Source: a virus
Taxonomy: Duplodnaviria > Caudoviricetes
Length of the DNA stretch: 64,000 nucleotides
IMG/VR virus record: IMGVR_UViG_3300045609_000068
Location: 18,501-82,500 of that record
Strand: one strand, 5' to 3'
The first letter of the stretch is position 1. Each line of letters opens with the position of its first letter. Positions 38,512 through 48,719 of this stretch are shown here, piece by piece. The notes beneath the pieces were generated by a model. The model did not search any database, had not been told where the DNA came from, and saw only the letters and a list, made by a program, of their open reading frames with translations. The translations under genes were made by a program, and so were the position numbers.

Positions 38512-39891
38512 ATGGCAAAGGATATACTGACAAATGTACACAACGGCAACATCCTTATAGGTGACAGCCGCGGAGTCGCAACAACCGTATACACGGCTGT
38601 GTGGGGAGACTTGCTTGGGGAAAAGGACGGGAAGCTGTACCTTAACATCATCATTTCCCGAAGACAGGTCGGAATGACCGTTGGGAACGGAGACACCATC
38701 CCCATAAACGCCCCTTACTGCCCGAGCGACAGCGTTTTCTACGTGAGGATAATTGTCCGCGCGGAAGACGGGACCTATTCAAAGACGGATATCCTTCCCA
38801 TAAAGAGGCCTGTGTATGTACCTAGCGACGTTTCGAAATCGGGCACTACCATCAACGCATGCGAACTTTTAAGGATAGACCGTGACGGGCAATATCTGAT
38901 ATCCGTGACGATAGACAGCAATCCCGAACTTTCTTTTGCGACATTGTATTCGGGAAAGCAGTCGGACCTCCTTGTCGGTGACAGCGACGACCAGAGCGCG
39001 CAGCTTCTTTCATTGTGCGCACCTGGAAAATATTACAGATATCCTCTGACGGGAATAGGCGTCCACGATTATATCAGCAGCGTCGTAACCCATACCAACC
39101 TTGCGGACAAGGTCGTTGACCAGTTCAACAATGACGGAAGGGCGGTAAGCGATGCGGAATACGACACGAAAACGGGGGAGCTTGACATCTATGCCACTGC
39201 CGGCGAAGTGCAGGAAGACGAAGAGACGCTGACCGCCGTGGCGGATTTGGACGAAGAGCCGTTGAAGTTGCAGTCGGACTATTATATCGCAGAGATTATG
39301 TCGGCTTATACCGACGTCAGTATTGACAACAGCGATTTCGTCAACTCCCTGTATCTTTTCGACAGTTTCTTCGGGCTTTATCTGTTTACCGAAAATGCCG
39401 AATACAAGAGGATTTCCGATACCGTGCAGCAAGGATATGTCATCGGCGAGGACGGAACCGTCACCGCAGCAAGCAATACAGATTACGCTGTAGCGTCCGA
39501 AAAGCTGTATGCTGGGGACATCATCGCTTTCAGGCTTGACGCATACAACTATGCGACCAATCCCGTGTTCATCCTGAAGGACTCGGACAGCACCGTTTAC
39601 GTGTCTCCAATTTCAGACACCGACCTTTCCGACGAAGACTATATGAAATGCGCGGTCATCCTGAAGGAATGCACCATAAGCTACGGTATTTCATACAGCG
39701 CATTTACGGGCAATACGGACAGGGGAGTTTTCCTAGTTTCCCAAAACGACAACAACTACAACCGCATGGCAGCCGTCACGGTTGACGAGAAGACTGGCAG
39801 GGTGATATGCTCGATAACGCAGAACTCCGTCGTCACCGACGCCGTAATCCAAGGGGAAGACAATGTTTTACACATGAATATAAATCTATAA
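38512..39891 (+). CDS. Baseplate protein containing a gp25-like wedge segment
   Basis: QSAQLLSLCAPGKYYRYPLTGIG...VVDQFNNDG. Confidence 0.55.
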   Translation: MAKDILTNVHNGNILIGDSRGVATTVYTAVWGDLLGEKDGKLYLNIIISRRQVGMTVGNGDTIPINAPYCPSDSVFYVRIIVRAEDGTYSKTDILPIKRPVYVPSDVSKSGTTINACELLRIDRDGQYLISVTIDSNPELSFATLYSGKQSDLLVGDSDDQSAQLLSLCAPGKYYRYPLTGIGVHDYISSVVTHTNLADKVVDQFNNDGRAVSDAEYDTKTGELDIYATAGEVQEDEETLTAVADLDEEPLKLQSDYYIAEIMSAYTDVSIDNSDFVNSLYLFDSFFGLYLFTENAEYKRISDTVQQGYVIGEDGTVTAASNTDYAVASEKLYAGDIIAFRLDAYNYATNPVFILKDSDSTVYVSPISDTDLSDEDYMKCAVILKECTISYGISYSAFTGNTDRGVFLVSQNDNNYNRMAAVTVDEKTGRVICSITQNSVVTDAVIQGEDNVLHMNINL

Positions 39892-39895
39892 CACA

Positions 39896-40249
39896 ATGAG
39901 CAGCAAATACATATCAATAGCGTCGGTTCCAGTGGAACGTGGAAGTTATTCTTCAAGCGAAAGATACTATGCGTACAATAACGTCACGATGTGTTCGTGC
40001 CGGTTCCAATGCAAGGGGAACGGAATTGTCAACGTACCTCCTCTCGTCCCCATCAAGGATTCGGCTGGAAACGACACAGCGCAGTACGAGTTCGCGAATA
40101 CGGCACAGTGGACCTGCATACTGGATAACCTTAACATCTACAATGCTAAGGTCATAGCCCATATATTCACTACGGAAGACGACATGAAAAAACTGATTGA
40201 CGCCAAGACGTACAACGAGGACGCAATATACTTAACGCTGGAGGAATAG
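39896..40249 (+). CDS. Hypothetical tail-associated protein
   Basis: 117-aa ORF. Confidence 0.6.
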   Translation: MSSKYISIASVPVERGSYSSSERYYAYNNVTMCSCRFQCKGNGIVNVPPLVPIKDSAGNDTAQYEFANTAQWTCILDNLNIYNAKVIAHIFTTEDDMKKLIDAKTYNEDAIYLTLEE

Positions 40250-40251
40250 CC

Positions 40252-40425
40252 ATGATATACAAAAGCGGGAAACAGATATCCCAGTTATTCTACAGGGGGA
40301 AAGCCATTACCGCCGTGTACCACGGAGCGGAACTGATATGGCAGGCGGTGCGCAGCTGCTTCGGTTCGGGTTTGTGGTTAAACCTGAAAGTATGGGAAGA
40401 CGCTGACCCGTGGAAAAATAATTAA
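40252..40425 (+). CDS. Small (57 aa) protein preceding the DGR target fibre
   Basis: Manual ORF MIYKSGKQI...WQAVRSCFGSGLWLNLKVW; fills the gap exactly. Confidence 0.65.
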   Translation: MIYKSGKQISQLFYRGKAITAVYHGAELIWQAVRSCFGSGLWLNLKVWEDADPWKNN

Positions 40426-40436
40426 ACAAATTAGAT

Positions 40437-43400
40437 ATGGAAAAGAAAATAGACGAAGAGATAAATTCCCTCGCGACCGAATGGGAGGGTTATCTGGGAA
40501 GCCGCGTACAGGCGTTCATCAAATCAGAGTTCAAGAAAAGTTTCGGATATTCCAAGAGAAGCGACAACAAGGAGGATGACGGATTCTTCCATCTGCGTTT
40601 TTTCAGGACCGAGGATGATTTCAACAACTGGAACACGGATAAGGAAACTTATGCTAGCAATGTCCTTTCCGATGTCACGCTGCCCGATTCCACGAGCAGC
40701 GCAGTGAGCTATATCGTCGCATTGGAGAACAAGAGCGACAAGATAATAACCACTACGGACAAGAGCGTAAAGGTGAACATCCGCTTCACTTCGCAGGTTT
40801 ACAACCCTATCACGCAGACGACAAAGAACACCGACGAGCAAGGCGAGCTGACCATACAGACGAAAATGGAAGGAGCAACCGCATGGACCACCAAGGTGAC
40901 GCATACGATTAACAGCGACGATGCCGACGACCCTACGTCTTATCAGACCGTAGACATATCGGATTATCTTGTTACGGGTACGCAGCTTGTGCGTATGATA
41001 GTCAAAGGAAGTACGTCAGGCGCGGCTTCCACATACATTTCGTTAAGTGTCACGATGACGAACCTTTCCATGCAATACAGCGTGGATTGGGAGAATGTGT
41101 TCACATACGCCAGATATCCAGTCATCAGCATTCCGATATTCGTTACGGGAACCGTAGCTAAAGTCCTGCATCTTAATGTCGCAGGCACTAACTACAGCAA
41201 GGACTATACATATACCTTGGGCACAAGCGTTTACAGCTCGACGCCTTACGTGGCTTCCATAGACCATCCTAATGCGCATGGTGTGTATACCATAACAGGT
41301 TATCTGGAAAGCGGTTCCGTTAAGACAGCCAGCGTGATACTGAGAATCATGTGTACGGTAGAAGGCGGTAATACGAACCTTATCGTGCTAAACGACGTGC
41401 AGCAGAGCATAGCGAACTGGAGTAACGTCATTCCGTTCAAATATGCGATTTACAATCCATCCTCCCAATCCACCGATGTCACGTTCAACCTGATGAACGA
41501 CGGGAAGACCGCAAGCTACTGGAGCGAAAAGGAAAGTGCGGTCGCCAACGGGGTGCAGAAGACATTGCAGTTCTCGCTCGAAGTGGAAACTGACACTACG
41601 GACAGTTTCAATGCAAGAATGGAGTTCTTGGCCGACGACGGTTCGAACATAAGGGATATTCTTCTGTTCAAGATAGACAATTCTGAAAACTTCGCCCCCA
41701 CATCAGGCGCGGATTTCATCCTCAACCCTAAAACGAGGAGCAACAACGAGACAACTCCTGAAACTATCATCAACACAGCCAATGGAAGTACCGTACCAAG
41801 CACATGGACGGGATTCGTGCATCATGCCGACGGATGGGTCGCCGATGAAAGTCTGAACAGATGTCTCCGTGTACTTTCAGGAGAAAGGCTTAATATATCA
41901 TACGAACCTTTTTCGGATGATACAGGCACATACGGGCTTACGATGGAGTTTGACATAGCAGTGAGAAATTCAACCGACGAAACTGCACAGATACTTGGTA
42001 TAAACACGACTCTTTCGGCTGACAACCAGCCTTTGGGCCTTATGATTTGCCCTCATCAGGTATTCTTCATGACGAAGAACAAGCGTGTGAAACTGGATCA
42101 GGACGCAGGCTTCGAGGAGGATGTGCGCACGCATATATCAATCAATATCGTGAACAACCTGTATGCAAGCAAGATAAACTACGTGAGGATTTTCGTCAAC
42201 GGAACAAATGCCCGCGAATTTGTGTATACCGATACGGACGCTTTCTGGCAGGCCGTCAACGGCGTGAAGTCGAGCGGAGGCATACAGATAGGTTGCGACA
42301 CCGCAGATGTTGATATATACGGCATAAGAATATATAAGGCTAACCTTTCGGAAAGCAGCATCAGAAAGGACTTTATGGCCACGATTCCAGATGTGACGGA
42401 CAAAAAGCGGTACAAGTACAACAATGAAATCGTGGGTGACAGCGGAGAGATTGACTATCAGAAAGTTCTTCTAAGATACAATACGATGGTGCTTACAGGA
42501 AGACGTCCAAGTCTTGCAAGCCCTTCTTCAGGGACTTGCGACCTTTCAATCAACATTATCGGTGATGCCGCCCACAGCGGAACCATCAATCACATGACGA
42601 CCAAAGGTCAGGGTTCTACCAGTAAGAAATATTGGAAATGGAACTGTCAGTACGGGTTCTCTTCCGATTCGGTATGGACAGACGGAAACGGAACGGCGCA
42701 TGGCGCATGTTATCAGATAGCCGAAGGGCAGCCATTGGCGAAGAAGCTGGTTGATAAAATAAATTGGGCATCTTCTATGCAGTCGCATAAGCCAGGAGCT
42801 ACGGCGGCATATAACGACTTGTATAAAGCCGTTGTCGGAAACACAGGTATAACAGCGACGGAAGGGTACGAGAATTGCCGTGTTTCTGTATATCAGCGTC
42901 CGTTCTTCCTTTTCGTGAAAGACACAGAAACGTCCGACCCTGTATTCTACAGTCTTGTGACATTCGGTGCGGCAAAAGCGGATGCGCCTACATTCGGTTA
43001 CGATAAGACCAAATTCCCCGACTATCTTCTCATAGAAGGAAGCGACAACAACCCGGCACTTACCTTGTGCCATGTTCCATGGATAACGGAAGACGTGGTG
43101 TATTCTGATGATGAAGGCGGTTGGGTGTACAACGGAATCACATCGTTCGACTATGATTTGGGAAACAAGGACCGTATTGACAAATTCATTGCGGCCCATA
43201 ATTTCGTTTGGCAATGCAGCAACAGGCTGAAACCTTATGCAGGTACGGCAGAAGCATTGCAGGCCGACGCAACACTCGACAAGACGTATCAGTATTGGGT
43301 CACTAAGTCAAGTACGGGAGCGGCGCAATACGACCTTTTCAGATATGATTACCTGACAAGTTCTTGGGTCGGAAGCGGCCTGACAAAATCGGGTAGCGGA

Positions 43401-46310
43401 ACATATTCCGTTCTGAATTTGAAGACGCAGCTATCAAGCTATCTATTAGGGTTCGATACTAATTCCGACGTAGTTAACGAGGAATGGGACAACGTCAACG
43501 GATTGTTCATCAGCGCGCGCCTTATGATGTTCAAGGATGGGGCAAGCAAATATTACAACATACAGAGTATGCTGTTTGCCATGAACTTCCTGAAGATGCA
43601 CGGAGCATCCGATAACAGGGCGAAGAACACATATTTGTTTGTAGATCCTGTATCAGGGCTGATTTGCTTCGCGCAAGACGACCTTGATACTATCATCATG
43701 ACAAACAACCAAGGTCAGAAAGACAAACCATACTATGTGGAAGAGCACGACAAGGACGCAAACGGAAAGTTCTATTGGAACGGTGAGAACAACACTCTTT
43801 ACAATGTGGTGGAACAGTCATTCGCGGACGAACAGAGAAGTAATATGCGCGCCATGCTCACGGAAGCCGCTAAACTTGGCGGAGGCACGCTGGATGGATA
43901 TTTGCAGAAATATTTCTATTCGGTGACGGACTATTTCCCTTCAGTGGCTTACAATCTTACCGCAAAACTTCTGTATGAGGAAGCGGAGAAACATTACGGA
44001 GTAGACTATACGAACGATACAGACCCTATCACGCAGTCGCTTGGAAGTCAGGCAGAGTGCGAGAAACAATGGTGGAAGCAAAGAATCCCTTACATATCAT
44101 CATACGCATGTTACGGGGAGTTCTCTTCCGAACCTACTGGCGGCTCCATAACATTCCGTACTACAGAAAGCACTACGGTGCATTTCGACTTGACACCGTC
44201 AATGTGGCTATATCCTACCGTAACCTTGGGACAGACACTTGTCCAGTTCGGAAAACGAGTTAAAGCAGGTGAGACCTTATCGCTGAATGTTCCGACGGAC
44301 AGCAATACGCAAATGTACATCACGGGTGCTAATTATATGGACAGCATCGGAAAGTGGGTTGACAAACCTGCAAACGGAGCCTTCACATTCATCGGAAGCA
44401 AGATTAAGGAACTTGTGGCAGGAACCACGACAGGCGAAACAGTCCACCTGAAAATAACTGGCGTAACCGTCAAGAGCATGAAGAACCTTCGGACACTCAA
44501 TCTCGCCAACCTTACTACCTTAACGGGTGAACTCGATGTGTCCGAACTTAGCAAGCTACAGACGTTGAATATGTCAGGCACAACCATAACATCAGTCGAT
44601 TTGCCAGCCAATTCGCAATATCTCAAGGAGGTGCATTACCCTTCAACTATCACCGACATCAGACTTGACAACATAGCAAGCCTAAAAACGGTTAAGTTCG
44701 ACGGCGTAACGAATCTGCAAAATGTCTATATCAACCAGAAAGACATTAGCAGCGTTGACACGTATTCCCTCATCAAGATGATAGCGGCACAGTCTGCAAA
44801 TATAGAGTCCATAGAACTTTATAACGTGAACTGGTCCAACTGTTCAGTCGATATACTGAACTATCTCCTAAAGATGGGCGCAAAGGTAACTGGAAAGATA
44901 AATGTAGCCGACGAAAGTACAGACAAGAAATATTTCTCCTATTCCCTGAAAAAGACGATGGTTGACACATTCGGGAATATCGACAGCGAGAGCAATGCCC
45001 TTTACGTCACGTATACGAAGAAATACACCACCACATTGGGAATGAGACATACCAACGATTTGTATGTGATCGGAAAACATACGCTGACGCTGGTTCCTTA
45101 TCCGCCTTCGGCAAACGATATATCTGTAACGACAAATTCTCTCGGAAAAGCCGTGATGAACACGAAGTGGTCCATAGAAACAGCGGCGCAGAATTATGTG
45201 ACCGTCACCGACGAGTATAACGGAATATTCGAGACGACGAACAATACGTCATCAAGCGCTTTCGAGGTCACTTGCACTGTTACATTACAGGACGGTACGA
45301 CGAAAGTTGTTACTCAGAAAATGGAATTTTACCGAAGAATACCTCACGTGGGCGATTTCGCCTATTGTGACGGTAGTTTCTCTGCGGTATACAATTCCAA
45401 TGTATCCATCGTAGGAATTGTATTCAAGGTTGACAAACTTTCTGACACACAATATAAGGCGACGAGTGTTTCCCTAAGCGACTTGACTTCATATCCATGG
45501 GGACTTTATCCTGACGGCTCTTCTAGCAACGGATTTACGAATGGAAGCGGTTCGACGACTATTGAAACGATAATCAATAACGCAGTTAAGGATAGCGACG
45601 AGGCAAAGGCCATCAGCTATACAGACTGCTTTGATATCAACAGTATTCCTGACATCCAGTCCACTGGACTTACTGGCAGTATCAGCGACTCCACTTATAT
45701 CGACGATACGAAGGACGACGGATATAAAGTCCTTACGTCAGGAACATGTAATGACTACGAAGGAAAGACTTATACGGAGCAGATAATACTTCATTCAAAG
45801 TTGATTCTCAAATACTATCTGGGTGGAAGTTATGCAACATATCCTTCCGATTACAATGCACTGCTTACTGCAATTGAAGCCATTTCGACAGCCCACGACG
45901 CAAGATACAAACAGTTCTACTATCCGGCAGCCGCGCAATGCTATTTATACGAACCTGCCGTTAACGAGGACGAAACGCTTGCGGACCAATACAAGGCTAC
46001 CAACTGGTATCTTCCTTCTACGGGTGAAATTAGTCGTATATATAACTTCAAACGGTTGGGAATGGATTCAGCGTCACTGTCAACAAGTGCCACTTCCGTG
46101 AACGAAGCTAGGACGCCTATATTCGCAAACGCCAACAAAGCCAGCGGAACGAGCCTTATATCATTCTCTAACGACTGGTATTGGACAAGTAGTGAGTGCA
46201 ATGCCAGCGGCGCTTGGATGGTCAATTTTGGCAGTGGTGGTGTCAACGGCGGCAGCAAGTTCTACAGTTATAGAGTGCGGGCGGTTGTAGCATATACTTT
46301 TACACTTTAA
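40437..46310 (+). CDS. DGR target: large tail-fibre/receptor-binding protein (LamG-like, CotH-kinase-like, LRR and C-terminal CLec variable domain)
   Basis: 1957 aa; ends in WYWTSSECNASGAWMVNF...YRVRAV, which is encoded by the variable repeat. Confidence 0.85.
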   Translation: MEKKIDEEINSLATEWEGYLGSRVQAFIKSEFKKSFGYSKRSDNKEDDGFFHLRFFRTEDDFNNWNTDKETYASNVLSDVTLPDSTSSAVSYIVALENKSDKIITTTDKSVKVNIRFTSQVYNPITQTTKNTDEQGELTIQTKMEGATAWTTKVTHTINSDDADDPTSYQTVDISDYLVTGTQLVRMIVKGSTSGAASTYISLSVTMTNLSMQYSVDWENVFTYARYPVISIPIFVTGTVAKVLHLNVAGTNYSKDYTYTLGTSVYSSTPYVASIDHPNAHGVYTITGYLESGSVKTASVILRIMCTVEGGNTNLIVLNDVQQSIANWSNVIPFKYAIYNPSSQSTDVTFNLMNDGKTASYWSEKESAVANGVQKTLQFSLEVETDTTDSFNARMEFLADDGSNIRDILLFKIDNSENFAPTSGADFILNPKTRSNNETTPETIINTANGSTVPSTWTGFVHHADGWVADESLNRCLRVLSGERLNISYEPFSDDTGTYGLTMEFDIAVRNSTDETAQILGINTTLSADNQPLGLMICPHQVFFMTKNKRVKLDQDAGFEEDVRTHISINIVNNLYASKINYVRIFVNGTNAREFVYTDTDAFWQAVNGVKSSGGIQIGCDTADVDIYGIRIYKANLSESSIRKDFMATIPDVTDKKRYKYNNEIVGDSGEIDYQKVLLRYNTMVLTGRRPSLASPSSGTCDLSINIIGDAAHSGTINHMTTKGQGSTSKKYWKWNCQYGFSSDSVWTDGNGTAHGACYQIAEGQPLAKKLVDKINWASSMQSHKPGATAAYNDLYKAVVGNTGITATEGYENCRVSVYQRPFFLFVKDTETSDPVFYSLVTFGAAKADAPTFGYDKTKFPDYLLIEGSDNNPALTLCHVPWITEDVVYSDDEGGWVYNGITSFDYDLGNKDRIDKFIAAHNFVWQCSNRLKPYAGTAEALQADATLDKTYQYWVTKSSTGAAQYDLFRYDYLTSSWVGSGLTKSGSGTYSVLNLKTQLSSYLLGFDTNSDVVNEEWDNVNGLFISARLMMFKDGASKYYNIQSMLFAMNFLKMHGASDNRAKNTYLFVDPVSGLICFAQDDLDTIIMTNNQGQKDKPYYVEEHDKDANGKFYWNGENNTLYNVVEQSFADEQRSNMRAMLTEAAKLGGGTLDGYLQKYFYSVTDYFPSVAYNLTAKLLYEEAEKHYGVDYTNDTDPITQSLGSQAECEKQWWKQRIPYISSYACYGEFSSEPTGGSITFRTTESTTVHFDLTPSMWLYPTVTLGQTLVQFGKRVKAGETLSLNVPTDSNTQMYITGANYMDSIGKWVDKPANGAFTFIGSKIKELVAGTTTGETVHLKITGVTVKSMKNLRTLNLANLTTLTGELDVSELSKLQTLNMSGTTITSVDLPANSQYLKEVHYPSTITDIRLDNIASLKTVKFDGVTNLQNVYINQKDISSVDTYSLIKMIAAQSANIESIELYNVNWSNCSVDILNYLLKMGAKVTGKINVADESTDKKYFSYSLKKTMVDTFGNIDSESNALYVTYTKKYTTTLGMRHTNDLYVIGKHTLTLVPYPPSANDISVTTNSLGKAVMNTKWSIETAAQNYVTVTDEYNGIFETTNNTSSSAFEVTCTVTLQDGTTKVVTQKMEFYRRIPHVGDFAYCDGSFSAVYNSNVSIVGIVFKVDKLSDTQYKATSVSLSDLTSYPWGLYPDGSSSNGFTNGSGSTTIETIINNAVKDSDEAKAISYTDCFDINSIPDIQSTGLTGSISDSTYIDDTKDDGYKVLTSGTCNDYEGKTYTEQIILHSKLILKYYLGGSYATYPSDYNALLTAIEAISTAHDARYKQFYYPAAAQCYLYEPAVNEDETLADQYKATNWYLPSTGEISRIYNFKRLGMDSASLSTSATSVNEARTPIFANANKASGTSLISFSNDWYWTSSECNASGAWMVNFGSGGVNGGSKFYSYRVRAVVAYTFTL
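46188..46293 (+). repeat. DGR variable repeat (VR)
   Basis: 106 bp matching 46840-46945 with 9 mismatches, all at template adenines. Confidence 0.96.
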
Positions 46311-46315
46311 ACTTC

Positions 46316-46339
46316 GGTCTCCTGCTCCAGCAGGAGACC
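46316..46339. promoter_or_regulatory. DGR post-VR hairpin/cruciform (retrohoming recognition element)
   Basis: GGTCTCCTGC-TCCA-GCAGGAGACC, starting 5 nt after the target stop. Confidence 0.85.
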
Positions 46340-46342
46340 ATA

Positions 46343-46759
46343 ATGAATATGAACGAAATAACAAAAGACATAAACAAAGGGGCCACCAAGGCCAAAAGTA
46401 TACGGGGGACTGCACAGCTTTCCGTATACCGTGAAGCATGTAACATCCTATACATGCTAGTGGTGTTGACAAAAAAGACACCACGGAAAATGATTAGGTT
46501 CACAGACAAGGTTATCGAGGACGCATCCGAAATTCCAAAAACTATAGCACTTGCCAACCAAGCGAATGGTGAAGAAAGGGTTTACTATATCAATCTAGCC
46601 ATTGCGAACGTGACATTGATTAAAAGCTATATTACGATTTTTCAAAAATGTGATGTGATATCTGACGATGACAAGCTTTTATACGCAAAAATGCTGAAAA
46701 GGCTGTTGTCAGAACTTAAATGGTGGGCAAATTCCATAAAGCGGGAGGGTCAAAAATGA
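46343..46759 (+). CDS. avd: DGR accessory variability determinant (Avd-like four-helix bundle)
   Basis: 138-aa helical basic protein between the target gene and TR/RT; QLSVYREACNILY. Confidence 0.8.
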   Translation: MNMNEITKDINKGATKAKSIRGTAQLSVYREACNILYMLVVLTKKTPRKMIRFTDKVIEDASEIPKTIALANQANGEERVYYINLAIANVTLIKSYITIFQKCDVISDDDKLLYAKMLKRLLSELKWWANSIKREGQK

Positions 46760-48132
46760 GAGTCCGCGGAATCCGAATAAATGGGAACTTCACTGACGTG
46801 GCCAGATGCCGCGTGAGTTACGATGATGCAGAAGTTCATAGTAGTGAGTACAATGCCAGCAACGCTTGGATGGTCAATTTTGGCAGTGGTGATGTCAACA
46901 GCAACAACAAGTACTACAGTTATAGAGTGCGGGCGGTTGTAGCATTTGACGGATGGTGGCCCTTTGTTTTATCTGTGCGCGAAGCGTTTTTTGATTGTAT
47001 AAGAACCAAGAGGACTTCACCGCAGGGACTTGAGTATATGGATATAGACCTGTGGGATGTGGATCTGTTGGCCTTGCAACTGTATATGCGTGCATATACC
47101 ATATCCGCATCTACCTGTTTTATGGTAACATTTCCAAAATTACGTGAAGTTTTCGCCGCAGCGTTCAGGGACCGAATAATACATCACTGGATATGTATCC
47201 GTCTGAATCCTTTGTTCGAACAAAGATGCAAGGAACTTGGAGATGTAAGTTTCGCATGCCGAAAAAAATTCGGAACCAAAGCGGCGATTAAACGTGTCCA
47301 TGACGGGATGCTGCGTGTTTCTGGAAATCTGCAAAATGATGCCTGGATATTCAAGGGAGACATTATCGGATTTTTTATGCACATAAGGAAGGACTTGATG
47401 TGGGCGATGCTATATGCGCTCATCACAGAAAAATACGAAGGGCCGTTCATGGACACCCTTTTATGGGTGACGAAAATGGTTGTTATGAATAACCCGGAAA
47501 AGAATTGCATTGTAAAATCGGATAAAGATTATTGGAAAATTATAGATAAGGAAAAAAGCCTTTTCTTCATTCCGGATAATATGGGCGGTCCGATTGGAAA
47601 CCTTACCACACAGTTATTTGCGGGTTATTACATGAGTTTTTTCGATGAGTTCGTGGAGAAATATTTCCGTGGTAAAAATTATGAATACACGCGTTCCGTT
47701 GACGATTTTATCATAATTTGCGATGATAGGAACTTTTTGAGGGAATCTGTACCGAAGATGTCGGATTTCCTTAAAAAAGAATTATTCCTAGGTTTGCATA
47801 ATGACAAGATTTATTTTCAGCCTGTCAAGCATGGGGTAAAATTCCTAGGGAATTATATCCATCCCTATAGGCTCCATATAATCAACAGGACACTCGGACG
47901 TATGATTAACCGTATCAGGGGATTCGAAGAAATGGCGAGTCATGGAGAATTGAACGGGATGCAACTGAAAAACATGGTAAATGTACTAAACTCCTATATG
48001 GGGTTCCTTGTGCAGACACGTAGCTATAGGATAAGGCATGATATAACCTTGAACTTGTCCAAAGATATTTACAAATATGTATATATCGTAAATTTCAGAA
48101 AATTCAGAATCAAAAATAAATACAGATTATGA
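46756..48132 (+). CDS. DGR reverse transcriptase
   Basis: REVFAAAFRDRIIHH, IFKGDIIGFF, GGPIGNLTTQLFA, TRSVDDF, VKFLG; ATG at 46756 overlaps the avd TGA. Confidence 0.93.
   Translation: MRVRGIRINGNFTDVARCRVSYDDAEVHSSEYNASNAWMVNFGSGDVNSNNKYYSYRVRAVVAFDGWWPFVLSVREAFFDCIRTKRTSPQGLEYMDIDLWDVDLLALQLYMRAYTISASTCFMVTFPKLREVFAAAFRDRIIHHWICIRLNPLFEQRCKELGDVSFACRKKFGTKAAIKRVHDGMLRVSGNLQNDAWIFKGDIIGFFMHIRKDLMWAMLYALITEKYEGPFMDTLLWVTKMVVMNNPEKNCIVKSDKDYWKIIDKEKSLFFIPDNMGGPIGNLTTQLFAGYYMSFFDEFVEKYFRGKNYEYTRSVDDFIIICDDRNFLRESVPKMSDFLKKELFLGLHNDKIYFQPVKHGVKFLGNYIHPYRLHIINRTLGRMINRIRGFEEMASHGELNGMQLKNMVNVLNSYMGFLVQTRSYRIRHDITLNLSKDIYKYVYIVNFRKFRIKNKYRL
46840..46945 (+). ncRNA. DGR template repeat (TR)
   Basis: Adenine-rich (AAC) copy of the VR, inside the 5' part of the RT ORF. 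Confidence 0.93.
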
Positions 48133-48719
48133 AACATGTTATCGAAGACACGATTTTTGGGAGACGTCCACACAAATCGTACACAGTGAACTACAATGTA
48201 GACGGAGACAAATGCGACAGCGTTATCGTAGAAAGTGCATCGTTGACCGAATTTATCAATGCCATAGGAAAGGGCATATCCCAGACGGAGATACAAGATA
48301 TTGAAGACGGGCTTGATGAATACAGGACGGAGAAGACCACGGACGAAGAGAAACTGGAATGCGAGAAACAGAACCTGATCAGACTTATCACCGATTACGA
48401 TGAAAGCGGCAATGTAAATTCTTTCCTGCTAAACGGAAATTCGTTATGGATGGGAAAGGATATAAGGACAGGTCTGGTACTAAGATTTAATGCAGAAAAA
48501 GCAAACGGGAAAACAGACACGACGTTATGGACCGAAACGCAGTGCATCCCTTTGGCTATTGATACCGCCATCGGGCTTCTGTACAAAATAGAACTGTACG
48601 CCTCTTCCTGCTATGACAATACCGCACAGCATAAAGCTAACGTATTGAAAATTACGGAGCTTGATGGCGTTAGGAAATACGAGTACAAAACTGGATATCC
48701 TGATAAAATCAGCATATAA
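48129..48719 (+). CDS. DUF4376-like tail fibre assembly/accessory protein
   Basis: VNSFLLNG...TTLW...IELYASSCYDNTAQHK...YKTGYP. Confidence 0.6.
   Translation: MKHVIEDTIFGRRPHKSYTVNYNVDGDKCDSVIVESASLTEFINAIGKGISQTEIQDIEDGLDEYRTEKTTDEEKLECEKQNLIRLITDYDESGNVNSFLLNGNSLWMGKDIRTGLVLRFNAEKANGKTDTTLWTETQCIPLAIDTAIGLLYKIELYASSCYDNTAQHKANVLKITELDGVRKYEYKTGYPDKISI

Larger units (their letters stand above)
40437..48132 (+). mobile_element. Diversity-generating retroelement (target-VR-hairpin-avd-TR-RT)
   Basis: All canonical components are present and colinear. Confidence 0.95.

Noticed and set aside
46756-48132. RT as a group II intron or retron
   Set aside because: An adenine-specific TR/VR pair, avd and the hairpin define a DGR; no maturase/HNH domain or msr-msd is seen.
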